64,000 nt of DNA from Sphingobacteriaceae bacterium (GTDB taxonomy: Bacteria > Bacteroidota > Bacteroidia > Sphingobacteriales > Sphingobacteriaceae): the NCBI GenBank assembly GCA_044239195.1, contig JBIIBV010000002.1:274-64273 (forward strand), written 5' to 3'. A program made the translations under genes and the position numbers. Numbering within the stretch: position 1 is the stretch's first letter; the number at the start of each line of letters is the position of its first letter. Shown here piece by piece: positions 36,886-47,300 of the stretch. The notes under the pieces are model-generated. The model did not search any database and was not told where the DNA came from. It saw nothing but the letters and a program-made list of their open reading frames with translations.

Positions 36886-38686
36886 ATAGGGCTAGCCATT
36901 TCGCTCGAAGCAACAATTGCTCTTTACTTGGTTTATCTACCGAAACAAAACGATAACGCACTGCCGGGTTTCGATCTAAACTAAGATCGATGGTCATAGG
37001 CAAGCCATCGCGAATAATGCCAATTTTGAGTTTGTCGCCTAGTGCTTTGGCAGCTATAGCTTTATCTAGCTCTGCCATGGTACCGCTTACTTTTTCATCG
37101 TTAATGCTTAACAACTCATCATTTACGTTTAGGCCATCTCTCCATGCTGGGCTATTTCTGGCTACCGAAGTGATTAAAAATTTTCCAGTCCGAGCACTAG
37201 CACTAATGCCTAAATACGGTTCATTTTTGCTTGCATTATCGTCTACCAATTGGTAGCCAACAGCTTTTAAAAAGGCATTGTAATCGGGTTTTTTAGTACC
37301 GTATACATAATCGTTGTAAAAAGTCTCCATAGATTTTCCAGCAATTTTACCTGCCATATCTTTAAACTCTGCATCGGTATAGCCACGTGCTAATTTGTAA
37401 TAATACTGGTAGTACATGGTGTTCATCACATCATCTAATTTTTTCTGACCAGAAGTGGCTTGTAAAATTTCTAAATCCATAAGCATGGCAATAATGCTGC
37501 CTTTGTCATAATAAGAGATGCTGCTATTGCGTGAGTTTTCGTTCGGGCGGTATTGTTTTATCCAGGCGTCAAAACTTGCTTCATGAGCCGATTGTTCTAA
37601 GCTTCCTGGCTGGTTAGCCACCATACTCAAGCCCGATGCTAGCATTCCTAAATATTGATCTGGAGAATAAAACCCAGCACGGCGAACAAATAAGTTATCA
37701 TAATAGGCTGTAAAGCCCTCGGCAATCCACAAATTGCTGGTATAGTTTTCGGCATCGTAATTAAACGGACCTAGCGCTACTGGGCGTAAGCGTTTCACAT
37801 TCCACAAGTGAAAATACTCGTGAGCAACCAAACTTAAGAAGCTTTTATATCCATTTTCGCTAGCATATTGCCCTCTCGGGTGACCCAATACTGTAGAGTT
37901 TAGGTGTTCTAAACCACCGCCACCCGATGCATAATTATGCACAATAAATACATAATACTTATTCGGATTCTCACCAAAAACTGCGGTTGCTTGTTCCACA
38001 ATTTTAGCCATATCTACTTTTAATTTTTCTGCATTATAATTACCACCACCATACATAGCCACCTCGTGGCGAACACCGGCAGCAGTAAATTCAAATACAT
38101 CTTGGTTTCCCACCTCAATTGGCGAATCAAATAAGATATCGAAGTTTGGAGCGGTATAGGTAAATGCACCTGCTTTTACAGGACTTAAGCCCGTAGATAC
38201 TTTAGACCAGCTAGCAAAAGGTTTAATGGTAACTGTAGAGGATTTAGCCAATTGCCCTGCCGGATACATAAAAATACCCGTTGGCGATAAAAATGCATGC
38301 GAAGCATCTACAAAACTGGTTCGAACCGATATTTCGAACGCATATACTCTATAAGAAATACGAATATCCGATTTTTTAGGATTTTGGATGCGCCAAGTAC
38401 TCTTATTCACTTTTTGAAATGCAAGTGCTTGACCCTTCTCATCTACTGCTTTAAATCCTTCTACATTCTTGGCAAACTCTCTCACTAAATACGAACCGGG
38501 CGCCCAAACGGGCATCTTTACATCAATTTGGGGCTGATTATTTCCCTTTAACAACATACTTACTTCTGCATAATGTGCTTGTGGCTCTACAAAAGAAACT
38601 TCAAATGAAATATGGCTTTGCGCCATTGCCTGCGTACTTAAAAGGGCCATAAATAGGAACGAAAAAAATGATTTTAGATTCTTCAT
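36884..38686 (-). CDS. M61 family metallopeptidase (glycyl aminopeptidase-like) with C-terminal PDZ domain
   Basis: Signal peptide, HEYFHLWNVKR (HExxH), and a PDZ-like segment (GI..........V.R.SPA...GL...DE..SIN). Confidence 0.85.
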   Translation of the reverse strand: MKNLKSFFSFLFMALLSTQAMAQSHISFEVSFVEPQAHYAEVSMLLKGNNQPQIDVKMPVWAPGSYLVREFAKNVEGFKAVDEKGQALAFQKVNKSTWRIQNPKKSDIRISYRVYAFEISVRTSFVDASHAFLSPTGIFMYPAGQLAKSSTVTIKPFASWSKVSTGLSPVKAGAFTYTAPNFDILFDSPIEVGNQDVFEFTAAGVRHEVAMYGGGNYNAEKLKVDMAKIVEQATAVFGENPNKYYVFIVHNYASGGGGLEHLNSTVLGHPRGQYASENGYKSFLSLVAHEYFHLWNVKRLRPVALGPFNYDAENYTSNLWIAEGFTAYYDNLFVRRAGFYSPDQYLGMLASGLSMVANQPGSLEQSAHEASFDAWIKQYRPNENSRNSSISYYDKGSIIAMLMDLEILQATSGQKKLDDVMNTMYYQYYYKLARGYTDAEFKDMAGKIAGKSMETFYNDYVYGTKKPDYNAFLKAVGYQLVDDNASKNEPYLGISASARTGKFLITSVARNSPAWRDGLNVNDELLSINDEKVSGTMAELDKAIAAKALGDKLKIGIIRDGLPMTIDLSLDRNPAVRYRFVSVDKPSKEQLLLRAKWLAL

Positions 38687-38836
38687 TGGTTCTAAACGGA
38701 TAGGTTTATAACAAAAGTAGTTTTAAATTTTAAAGTAAGAAATTTTGATAAACTTGCAGCTGTAATTTATTGGATACATTTTGGGTACATGTGCCCCGAA
38801 TATCTTACTTTTACCCACAAATCACAGATATTTTAA

Positions 38837-39925
38837 ATGAAAACTAAACGCATTCTCTATATTTTACTAGCCCTTTGTTTAGGTGCTGCCATCCTGTATC
38901 GTGTTACTAAAAATGCACAACAAGGGGCCGGTGGAAAAGGTGGTTCTGGAGGACCTAAAGGTGGTAAAAATGCGGGTGCTATGCCTCCTGCAAAAATAAA
39001 TGGCTTAATTATTAGTAGCCAAGCTTTTGATAGCAACATTACCTTAAGCGGAGCTGTAGAGGCCGATGAGGAAGTAGAAATTAGACCCGAAATATCTGGC
39101 TTGGTAAAGGGTATTTACTTTACAGAAGGTACTAGTGTAAGCAAAGGACAACTACTCGTAAAAATAAACGATACCGAACTACAAGCGCAACTTAAACAAG
39201 CGCTAAGTAAACAAAAACTAGCCTCCGAAACCGAATCGAGAGCAAAACAATTGGTAAATAAAGAAGCCATTAGCCAAGAAGAATACGACGTGGCCTTGGC
39301 TGAATTAACCAACCTAAAGGCACAAACAGAACTAATTAGAGCACAATTATCTAAAACCTCCATGAAAGCTCCTTTTAGTGGTCGTATTGGGTTACGCTCT
39401 ATTTCTACCGGCGAATATGTAAGCCCGAGCACTAGCATTGCAAAACTCGTAAATAGCCAAACCGTTAAAATTAGTTTCTCTGTGCCCGAAAAATATGCCG
39501 GAAAAATTAAAAATCAAACGGAAATACAATTTACCGTAGACGGAAACAACAAACCTTTTAGTGCTAGAATTTACGCTATGGATCCGGGCATAGAAACCAA
39601 TACCAGAACCTTGCAAATCAAAGCCAAGACTAGTAATGTGGGCAACCAGTTGGTTCCCGGCTCTTTTGCTAAAATTACCTTGCCACTAGCGGGTATTCCC
39701 GATGCTATTTTAATTCCTACACAAGCTGTTATACCTGTTTTAAAAGGGAAAAAAGTATTTATTAGCAGCAATGGCATGGCAAAAGAAGTACTCATTGAAA
39801 CCGGACCACGCACCGATAAATATATTTTAGTGCTCTCTGGCTTAACAGTTGGCGATACCTTATTAACCACGGGAATGATGTCGCTAAAAAACGAGGCCCC
39901 GGTAAAAGTAATTGTGAAAAACTAA
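38837..39925 (+). CDS. efflux RND transporter periplasmic adaptor (MFP) subunit
   Basis: N-terminal TM/lipid anchor, Gly-rich linker, coiled-coil hairpin region and a beta-barrel C-terminus. Lies directly upstream of the RND pump. Confidence 0.88.
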   Translation: MKTKRILYILLALCLGAAILYRVTKNAQQGAGGKGGSGGPKGGKNAGAMPPAKINGLIISSQAFDSNITLSGAVEADEEVEIRPEISGLVKGIYFTEGTSVSKGQLLVKINDTELQAQLKQALSKQKLASETESRAKQLVNKEAISQEEYDVALAELTNLKAQTELIRAQLSKTSMKAPFSGRIGLRSISTGEYVSPSTSIAKLVNSQTVKISFSVPEKYAGKIKNQTEIQFTVDGNNKPFSARIYAMDPGIETNTRTLQIKAKTSNVGNQLVPGSFAKITLPLAGIPDAILIPTQAVIPVLKGKKVFISSNGMAKEVLIETGPRTDKYILVLSGLTVGDTLLTTGMMSLKNEAPVKVIVKN

Positions 39926-39929
39926 GTAC

Positions 39930-42900
39930 ATGAGTTTATCTAGCACCAGTATTAAACGTCCGGTTCTGGCCATTGTCATGAACCTAAGCTTGGTCCTATT
40001 TGGGCTTATTGGCTTTCATTTTTTGGGCGTCCGAGAATTTCCATCAATTGATCCGCCGGTTGTATCGGTACGTACTGGCTACCCTGGCGCCAATGCCGAT
40101 GTAATTGAATCGCAAATTACCGAGCCATTAGAAAAAGCCATCAATAGTATCGATGGCGTACGCAACATTTCCTCATCAAGCAATCAAGGATCGAGCAATA
40201 TTACTGTAGAGTTTAACCTGACTAAAGATTTAGAAGAAGCCACCAATGATGTTCGCGATAAAGTGTCGCAAGCGGCTCGTTCTCTGCCAAAAGATATAGA
40301 CGGATTACCGGTTGTGGCCAAGGCAGATGCCAACTCGGAATCTATTTTATCAATGACCTTAGAAAGCGATACCCGCAACCAATTGGAATTGAGCGATTAT
40401 GCCGAAAACGTATTGGCGCAACGCCTACAAACTATTCCGGGAGTAAGTAATGTACAAATTTGGGGTCAAAAACGCATGGCGATGCGCATTTGGATAGACC
40501 CATCGCGGATGGCGGCCTACCGCTTAACCGCACTAGATATTAAAACGGCTCTCGATAAAGAAAACATCGAACTCCCTTCCGGGAAAATAACCGGAGAATC
40601 TACAGAATTGTCTGTAAAAACCATGGGCAACCTGTCTTCGGAAGATGATTTTAATAATTTGATTATCAAAAACGATGGGGTAAACATCATCCGATTAAAA
40701 GATATCGGTTCGGCAGTAATGGCACCAGAAAATGAGGAAACCATGTTGCGTCAATCTGGTAAAACCATGATTGGTATGGCCATTGTACCGCAACCGGGTG
40801 CCAATTATTTAGACATTTCTGATGAGTTTTATAAACGCTATGAGCAAATTAAAAAAGATTTGCCTAAAGATTTTAAACTCGATATAGCCCTTGATCAGAC
40901 CATTTTCATCAAAAAATCAGTTTCCGAAGTAGCCGAAACACTCTTGCTCTCTTTGGTATTGGTGATTCTAATAATCTACCTGTTTTTCCGCGATTGGAGC
41001 ATCGCCTTCCGCCCATTAATAGATATTCCGGTTTCATTAATTGCCACCTTCTTTGTTATGTACTTGTTTGGGTTTTCCATCAATGTACTCACCTTGCTAG
41101 CCATTGTATTGGCTACCGGTTTGGTGGTTGATGATGGCATTGTGGTAACCGAAAATATTTTCAAAAAAATTGAAGAGGGCTATTCGCCAATTGAAGCCGC
41201 CATTAAAGGCTCTAACGAAATCTTCTTTGCAGTAATCTCCATTTCCATCACCCTAGCCGCGGTGTTTTTACCGGTTATTTTTTTAGAAGGATTTGTAGGC
41301 CGATTGTTCCGAGAATTTGGCGTAGTCATTGGGGCAGCCGTACTCATATCTGCCTTTGTATCGCTTACCTTAACGCCTATGCTGAATGCCTATTTAATGA
41401 AAGGGCATCAGAAAAAAACTAAATTTTATGAGCGAACCGAACCTTATTTTGTAGCCCTAACCAACGGTTACACACAATCTCTTGAACGCTTTTTGCAAAA
41501 ACCGAAAAGAGCCTTCACCATTCTAGCAGGCTGCATTGCTTTAATTGGATTGTTTTGGGTTGTTTTACAAAAAGAAACAGCCCCTTACGACGATCGAAGT
41601 GCCATTAATATGCAGCTTTCTGCACCCGAAGGAGCATCTTTTGAGTATACCGACAACTTTGTGTTAAAGGTGGCACAAATGGTAGAAGATTCTATTCCCG
41701 ATAAACGTATAAACCTCACCGTAACTGCTCCCGGATTTAGTGGTAGTGGCGCAGCAAATACGGGCTTTGTTCGTATTCGTTTAACGGAGCCCGACCAACG
41801 GAAAGCTACACAAAGTGAGATCACAGATAAGCTTACTAAAATTACCAAAGGCTTTTCTGAAGGAAAAATATTTGTAGTACAGCAACCTACCATCTCGGTA
41901 AATCGTAGAGGAGGTTTGCCTATTAGCTACATTATACAAGCTCCTAACTTTGAGAAATTAAGAGAAAAATTGCCCCTCTTTATGGAGGAAGTGAGTAAAG
42001 ATCCTACTTTCACCGTATCAGATGCGAATCTGAAATTTAACAAACCCGAAATAAACCTATCCATTGATAGAGAACGGGCAAAAAATTTAGGGGTTTCGGT
42101 GCTCGATATTGCGCAAACCTTGCAATTTGCTTTAAGTGGACAGCGTTTTGCCTATTTCATCCAAAATGGCAAACAATACCAAGTTATTGGGCAATACGAT
42201 CGGATGAACCGAAACGACCCCACAGATTTAACCTCCATTTTTGTGCGCAACAACCGAGGTGAACTCATCCAATTAGATAATTTAATTCAGGTGGAAGAAC
42301 AGAGCACCCCGCCACAACTATACCATAACAACCGCTTTGTTTCGGCTACCGTTTCTGCAGGCTTAGCGCCAGGCAAAAGTATTGGCGATGGCATTGATGC
42401 CATGGATAATATTTCTAAAAAAGTATTGGACGATAGTTTTTCTACCGATTTAGGTGGCGAATCTCGAGATTTTAAAGAAAGTTCTTCGAACACCCTATTT
42501 GCCTTTGCCTTAGCATTATTACTCATCTATTTACTACTTGCTGCTCAATTCGAAAGTTTTATAGACCCCATAATTATTATTTTAACAGTTCCTATGGCCG
42601 TAGCCGGAGCATTTTTCTCTCTATGGCTTTTCGGCCAAACCTGGAATATTTTTAGCCAAATTGGAACCATTATGCTTATTGGCTTGGTAACCAAAAACGG
42701 TATTTTAATTGTAGAATTTGCCAACCAATTAAAGGAAAAAGGAGAGCCCGTGGCATCGGCTATACGCAAAGCCGCCGAGGCACGTTTGCGCCCTATTTTA
42801 ATGACCAGCTTGGCCATTGCCTTGGGTGCACTTCCTATTGCCTTGGCTATTGGGGCCGCCGCAAAAAGTAGAATGGGTATGGGCATTGTTATTATTGGAG

Positions 42901-43007
42901 GAACTTTATTTTCTCTGGTGCTTACGCTCTATGTAATTCCGGCCATTTACAGCTTATGGTCAAAACCACTAAAATCACCTATTCCAGCTAAAAACAATGA
43001 AAAATAG
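39930..43007 (+). CDS. efflux RND transporter permease (AcrB/HAE1-like)
   Basis: 1025 aa with 12-TM architecture. N-terminal SIKRPVLAIV and the VVDDGIVV.ENI motif. Confidence 0.93.
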   Translation: MSLSSTSIKRPVLAIVMNLSLVLFGLIGFHFLGVREFPSIDPPVVSVRTGYPGANADVIESQITEPLEKAINSIDGVRNISSSSNQGSSNITVEFNLTKDLEEATNDVRDKVSQAARSLPKDIDGLPVVAKADANSESILSMTLESDTRNQLELSDYAENVLAQRLQTIPGVSNVQIWGQKRMAMRIWIDPSRMAAYRLTALDIKTALDKENIELPSGKITGESTELSVKTMGNLSSEDDFNNLIIKNDGVNIIRLKDIGSAVMAPENEETMLRQSGKTMIGMAIVPQPGANYLDISDEFYKRYEQIKKDLPKDFKLDIALDQTIFIKKSVSEVAETLLLSLVLVILIIYLFFRDWSIAFRPLIDIPVSLIATFFVMYLFGFSINVLTLLAIVLATGLVVDDGIVVTENIFKKIEEGYSPIEAAIKGSNEIFFAVISISITLAAVFLPVIFLEGFVGRLFREFGVVIGAAVLISAFVSLTLTPMLNAYLMKGHQKKTKFYERTEPYFVALTNGYTQSLERFLQKPKRAFTILAGCIALIGLFWVVLQKETAPYDDRSAINMQLSAPEGASFEYTDNFVLKVAQMVEDSIPDKRINLTVTAPGFSGSGAANTGFVRIRLTEPDQRKATQSEITDKLTKITKGFSEGKIFVVQQPTISVNRRGGLPISYIIQAPNFEKLREKLPLFMEEVSKDPTFTVSDANLKFNKPEINLSIDRERAKNLGVSVLDIAQTLQFALSGQRFAYFIQNGKQYQVIGQYDRMNRNDPTDLTSIFVRNNRGELIQLDNLIQVEEQSTPPQLYHNNRFVSATVSAGLAPGKSIGDGIDAMDNISKKVLDDSFSTDLGGESRDFKESSSNTLFAFALALLLIYLLLAAQFESFIDPIIIILTVPMAVAGAFFSLWLFGQTWNIFSQIGTIMLIGLVTKNGILIVEFANQLKEKGEPVASAIRKAAEARLRPILMTSLAIALGALPIALAIGAAAKSRMGMGIVIIGGTLFSLVLTLYVIPAIYSLWSKPLKSPIPAKNNEK

Positions 43008-44301
43008 TCTCCGTGTTTTAGTATTACTTTTAGTGAGTACTGCTTGCTATGCACAAGAAAAACTCAGCCTACAACAGGCTGTTGAACTCACTCTGCAAAA
43101 CAACTACGACATTCAACTTCGTAGCAATCAGCTTAACGTAGCTAAAAACAACGTAAGCCTGGCCAATGCCGGAATTATGCCATTAATTACCGGCAATTTT
43201 ACCAACAATCACTCGGTACAAAATAGCGAACAAACACTAGCTAACGGCACCCAGCAACAGCAAGATAATGCCAGAAACGCCAACTCCAATTACGGAATAA
43301 ATCTTAATTGGAGGATTTTCGATGGTTTTGCCATGTTTGCCAATTACACTCGTTTACAAAAATTACAAGCCAGCGGCGAACTCAATTTCAGACTCACGGT
43401 AGAAAATACCTTGGCCGAAGTAATGAATACCTACTTCGATTTGGTTCGCCAAAACCAATATATTCAATCATTTTTATCGGCAGTTGCGGTTTCTCAAATT
43501 CGCCTAAAGAATTCACAAGCCCGTTATAGCATTGGCAAAGCATCTAAATTGGAAGTACTAGCTGCTAAAGTTGATTTGAATACCGATACAACAAATTTAC
43601 TGCGTCAGCAAGATGCTTTTCAGCAAGCTAAAACTCAACTCAATTTACTAATGGGTAGAGGTTTAGAAACAGATTTCACGGTAAGTGACACCATTGCGCT
43701 GCAAGCTACTTTTAGCTATGCCGAATTACTAGAAGCGGTACAAAACAAAAATCCAGAAATACATTTAGCCGACATACAACAACAAGTTGCCAAACTAAAC
43801 CTCACTCAAGTACGAGCTAGCCGCTACCCGGGCATAAGCGTAAATACTGGCTACAACTTCTCAAACTCCAGCTCGGCACTAGGGTTTGCCCGTGAAGCTA
43901 CAGGAAGAGGATTTACCTATGCTATTAGTGCCAGCATGCCCTTATTTAATGGCTTTTTACAAAGCAGAAACGAGAAAAATGCCAATTTAGGAGTCAATAG
44001 TGCGCAAATTCAATTTAAACAAACCCAACAACGCATACAAGCACAATTGCAACAAGCCTATCAAACCTATACCACCAACTTAGTATTGGTACGTTTAGAA
44101 ACTCAAAATGAACAAACTGCTAAACAAAACATGGACATTTCTTTGGAAAAATTCCGCTTAGGGAGTTTGAGTGCTATTGAATTTAGAGAAGCTCAATTAA
44201 ACTATGTAAATGCTTCGGCCCGTACCAGCGATGCGCAATTTCAGGCCAAGCAAGCGGAGATAGCGCTCAAGCAATTAAGTGGAGAACTATCGGTTAACTA
44301 G
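42997..44301 (+). CDS. TolC-family outer-membrane efflux protein
   Basis: 434 aa. Signal peptide, two internal repeats of the helical/beta pattern, and an LSL..A...AL.NN start. Overlaps the pump gene by 11 nt. Confidence 0.85.
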   Translation: MKNSLRVLVLLLVSTACYAQEKLSLQQAVELTLQNNYDIQLRSNQLNVAKNNVSLANAGIMPLITGNFTNNHSVQNSEQTLANGTQQQQDNARNANSNYGINLNWRIFDGFAMFANYTRLQKLQASGELNFRLTVENTLAEVMNTYFDLVRQNQYIQSFLSAVAVSQIRLKNSQARYSIGKASKLEVLAAKVDLNTDTTNLLRQQDAFQQAKTQLNLLMGRGLETDFTVSDTIALQATFSYAELLEAVQNKNPEIHLADIQQQVAKLNLTQVRASRYPGISVNTGYNFSNSSSALGFAREATGRGFTYAISASMPLFNGFLQSRNEKNANLGVNSAQIQFKQTQQRIQAQLQQAYQTYTTNLVLVRLETQNEQTAKQNMDISLEKFRLGSLSAIEFREAQLNYVNASARTSDAQFQAKQAEIALKQLSGELSVN

Positions 44302-44388
44302 ATTTATAATTAAAAAGCATATATTTTATTTCTTTATAACAAGTATTTTGTAATTTAACGGTTCATTACGCCGCTAAATTTACAAGAT

Positions 44389-47300
44389 ATGAATACTCTT
44401 TTCTCCAAGCTAACCCCTTCTCTTTATATAGGGAAAAAATTCCTTCTAGTACTATTAATCCTGCTTTTGCCCGGATATGTACTTTTCGCCCAAGAAATTT
44501 CTACCAACGCCAAAGAGCTAAACAAATTTGCTCGAATTCAAAAAAAATCGGTAGATAAAGATCGGAAAGAAGCTTTTAAGGAGGCTGAAAAAAACAACTG
44601 GATTACCTTTAAGGTATTTGAAAACGGGAAAGTGATGTCTTTGCAAAGTTTAGATGCTGAAGGCCATCCTTTGTATTTAGTTACCGATAACAATTCCTAC
44701 GCAGCGGCCACTACCCGAGCAAATAAACTGTACACAAACGGTGGATTGGGGCTAAATTTAAGTGGATCTACTAATTTTTTAAAAGATAAAATTGGCGAAT
44801 GGGATGGCGGATCGGTATATCCACTGCACCAAGAATTTGCGAACAATCGCATTTTAAATAAAAATGCTACATCGGCAGTAAGCCAGCACGCTACCCACGT
44901 AGCCGGTACCATTATGGCTACTGGCATTTACTCAAATGCCAAAGGTATGGCCTTCGGATTACAACGCTTAACTTCCTACGATTTCAACGGAGATTCTCCT
45001 GAAATGGCCACAGAGGCCGCTAATGGCATGTTAATATCTAATCACTCTTACGGGTATATTGCTGGCTGGAATTACAATTCATCGCCAAGCGGTGGTGGGG
45101 CAGCACGTTGGGAGTGGATGGGTAATAATGGAGAGTATGAAGATTATAAATTTGGATATTACGATAATAGTGCGAAAAATTATGATGAAATATGCTACCA
45201 AGCACCTTTCTACCTACCGGTAAAATCAGCCGGAAATAACCGTGGCGAAACTGGGCCTTCAGTTGGGCAAACCTATTATAGACAAGTGAGTGGCACCTGG
45301 ACACAATTTACTCGTACTGCTGGAGATATTTACAGCAACGATTTATACGATTGTCTGTCTCTAACATCAAACGCAAAAAACATTTTAACCGTAGGTGCAA
45401 TTAATGGCATTCCCAATGGCCCATTTACATCGAGTAACATCCAAATATCATCATTTAGTAGTTTTGGTCCTACCGACGATGGACGTATAAAACCCGATGT
45501 GGTTGGAATGGGAGTATCACTTACCTCTACCATTGAAACAAGCCCTACAGCATATGGAACATTAAGTGGCACCTCAATGTCAGCACCAAATGTTACAGGT
45601 ACTTTGGTGTTGCTACAAGAAGCCTATGCACAGAAAAATTCAGGAACAGTCATGCGGTCTGCCACTTTAAAAGGCTTGGTTATTCATACAGCAGATGATG
45701 CAGGGAATGCCGGCCCGGATTATATTTATGGTTGGGGCTTAGTAAATGCGGAAAAAGCGGCAAAGGTAATCCTTGGTGATGGAGCTAGCTCCACAAGCAT
45801 TCACAAAATTATCCAAGATGAATTAAACCAAAATGTCCCTAAAACCCTTACCTTAATTAGTTCCGGTGCAGGGCCATTGGTAGCCACTATTTGCTGGACA
45901 GACCCCGCCGGAAACCCAACCCAGGGAAGTAGCATTGACGACCGTACCCCAAAATTGGTAAACGATTTAGATCTTCGCATTAGCGACGGTACTCAATCGT
46001 ACCTCCCCTATAAACTTGACCCAGAGCAACCAGCCAATGTGGCCACTACTGGAGATAACATTAGAGATAATGTCGAAAAAATAATTATTCCCAACGCCAT
46101 ACCTGGCAAAACATATACCCTTACCATTAACCATAAAGGAACTACTCTAAGTAGTGGTAAACAGGCCTATTCCTTAATCTTATCAGGTGTAGGGGGAACT
46201 ACTTACTGTGTTCCTACATTAGCTGGTACGCTCAATTCTAAAATTTTAGGCTTTAGCCTAGCCAATGTAACCTACGCTGCAGCCGCAGGCTGTAATAGTA
46301 CAGGTGGATATACCAATTTAACGAACCAAACCATACAAGTAGAAGCAGGAGCTACCTACCCACTTAGTAGTGTAACTTTAGGAACCTGTGGTACAGAACA
46401 GGATAAAATTGCTAAAGTATATATCGATTTTAATAGCGATGGTGCATTTGACGAGGTGAATGAGTTGGTTGCAACTCCAACGCCGAACCTCGGCAGTACG
46501 GGAATTCTCCCATTAACGGTCTCTATCGCAATACCAGCAACGGTAACCATAGGAAATACCAGCCGTGCACGAATTGTGCTATCCGAAACAACCGATGCCA
46601 CGACCATAACTTCATGCGGAACATATGCCAATGGTGAAATTTTAGATATGAATATCAAGTTTAATGCACCTAGCAAAGATGTGGGTGTAAATACACTGAT
46701 AGATCCTGCAAGCGGTACATGCTCAAAAACGGGCCAAACAGTTACTGCAAATGTTAAAAATTTTGGTAGCAGCGCAGTAAGTGGTATTGGCTTAACCGCA
46801 CGCATATACAATGGAACAACGTTGCTTACTACCCTAACGGGCAGCTATTCGGGTAGTATTGACCCTGGGATGGATGTAAACATTACTACAACAGGTGGAT
46901 TTAACTTAACAAGTGGTACTACCTATACCATAGAAACAGAAACCACGCTAACAGGCGATTTAAATGCTCTAAATAATGTACTTAGCAGTACCGTTACTAC
47001 GAGCAACCCGCCAGCTGCAAGCAATTTACTTGTAACAAAATGTGAAAATGCAAGTTCATACACCTTATCAGGAAGTAGCGGAGGCACCATTTTCTGGTAT
47101 AAAAATGCAAATGATGCCCTACCTGTAGCCTTTAATTTACCAGGGCAAAGTGCAACCTATACCGAAGCAGGAAGTACTATAACTACCTTTCATGCCGGTG
47201 TAAACGATTTTAGCGGTAAAGTAGGGCCAGCAACCAACACAATATTTTCAGCGGGGGGTTATTTGAATGGCAACAATCCATCTGTATTAATGAAAGCCAA

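Noticed and set aside
38925-38975. Short GGTGG/AAAGG-rich tandem-looking repeat at the 5' end of the RND adaptor gene.
   Set aside because: It is in frame and encodes the Gly-rich linker (GAGGKGGSGGPKGGKN) after the membrane anchor. This is low-complexity coding sequence, not a repeat element or CRISPR.
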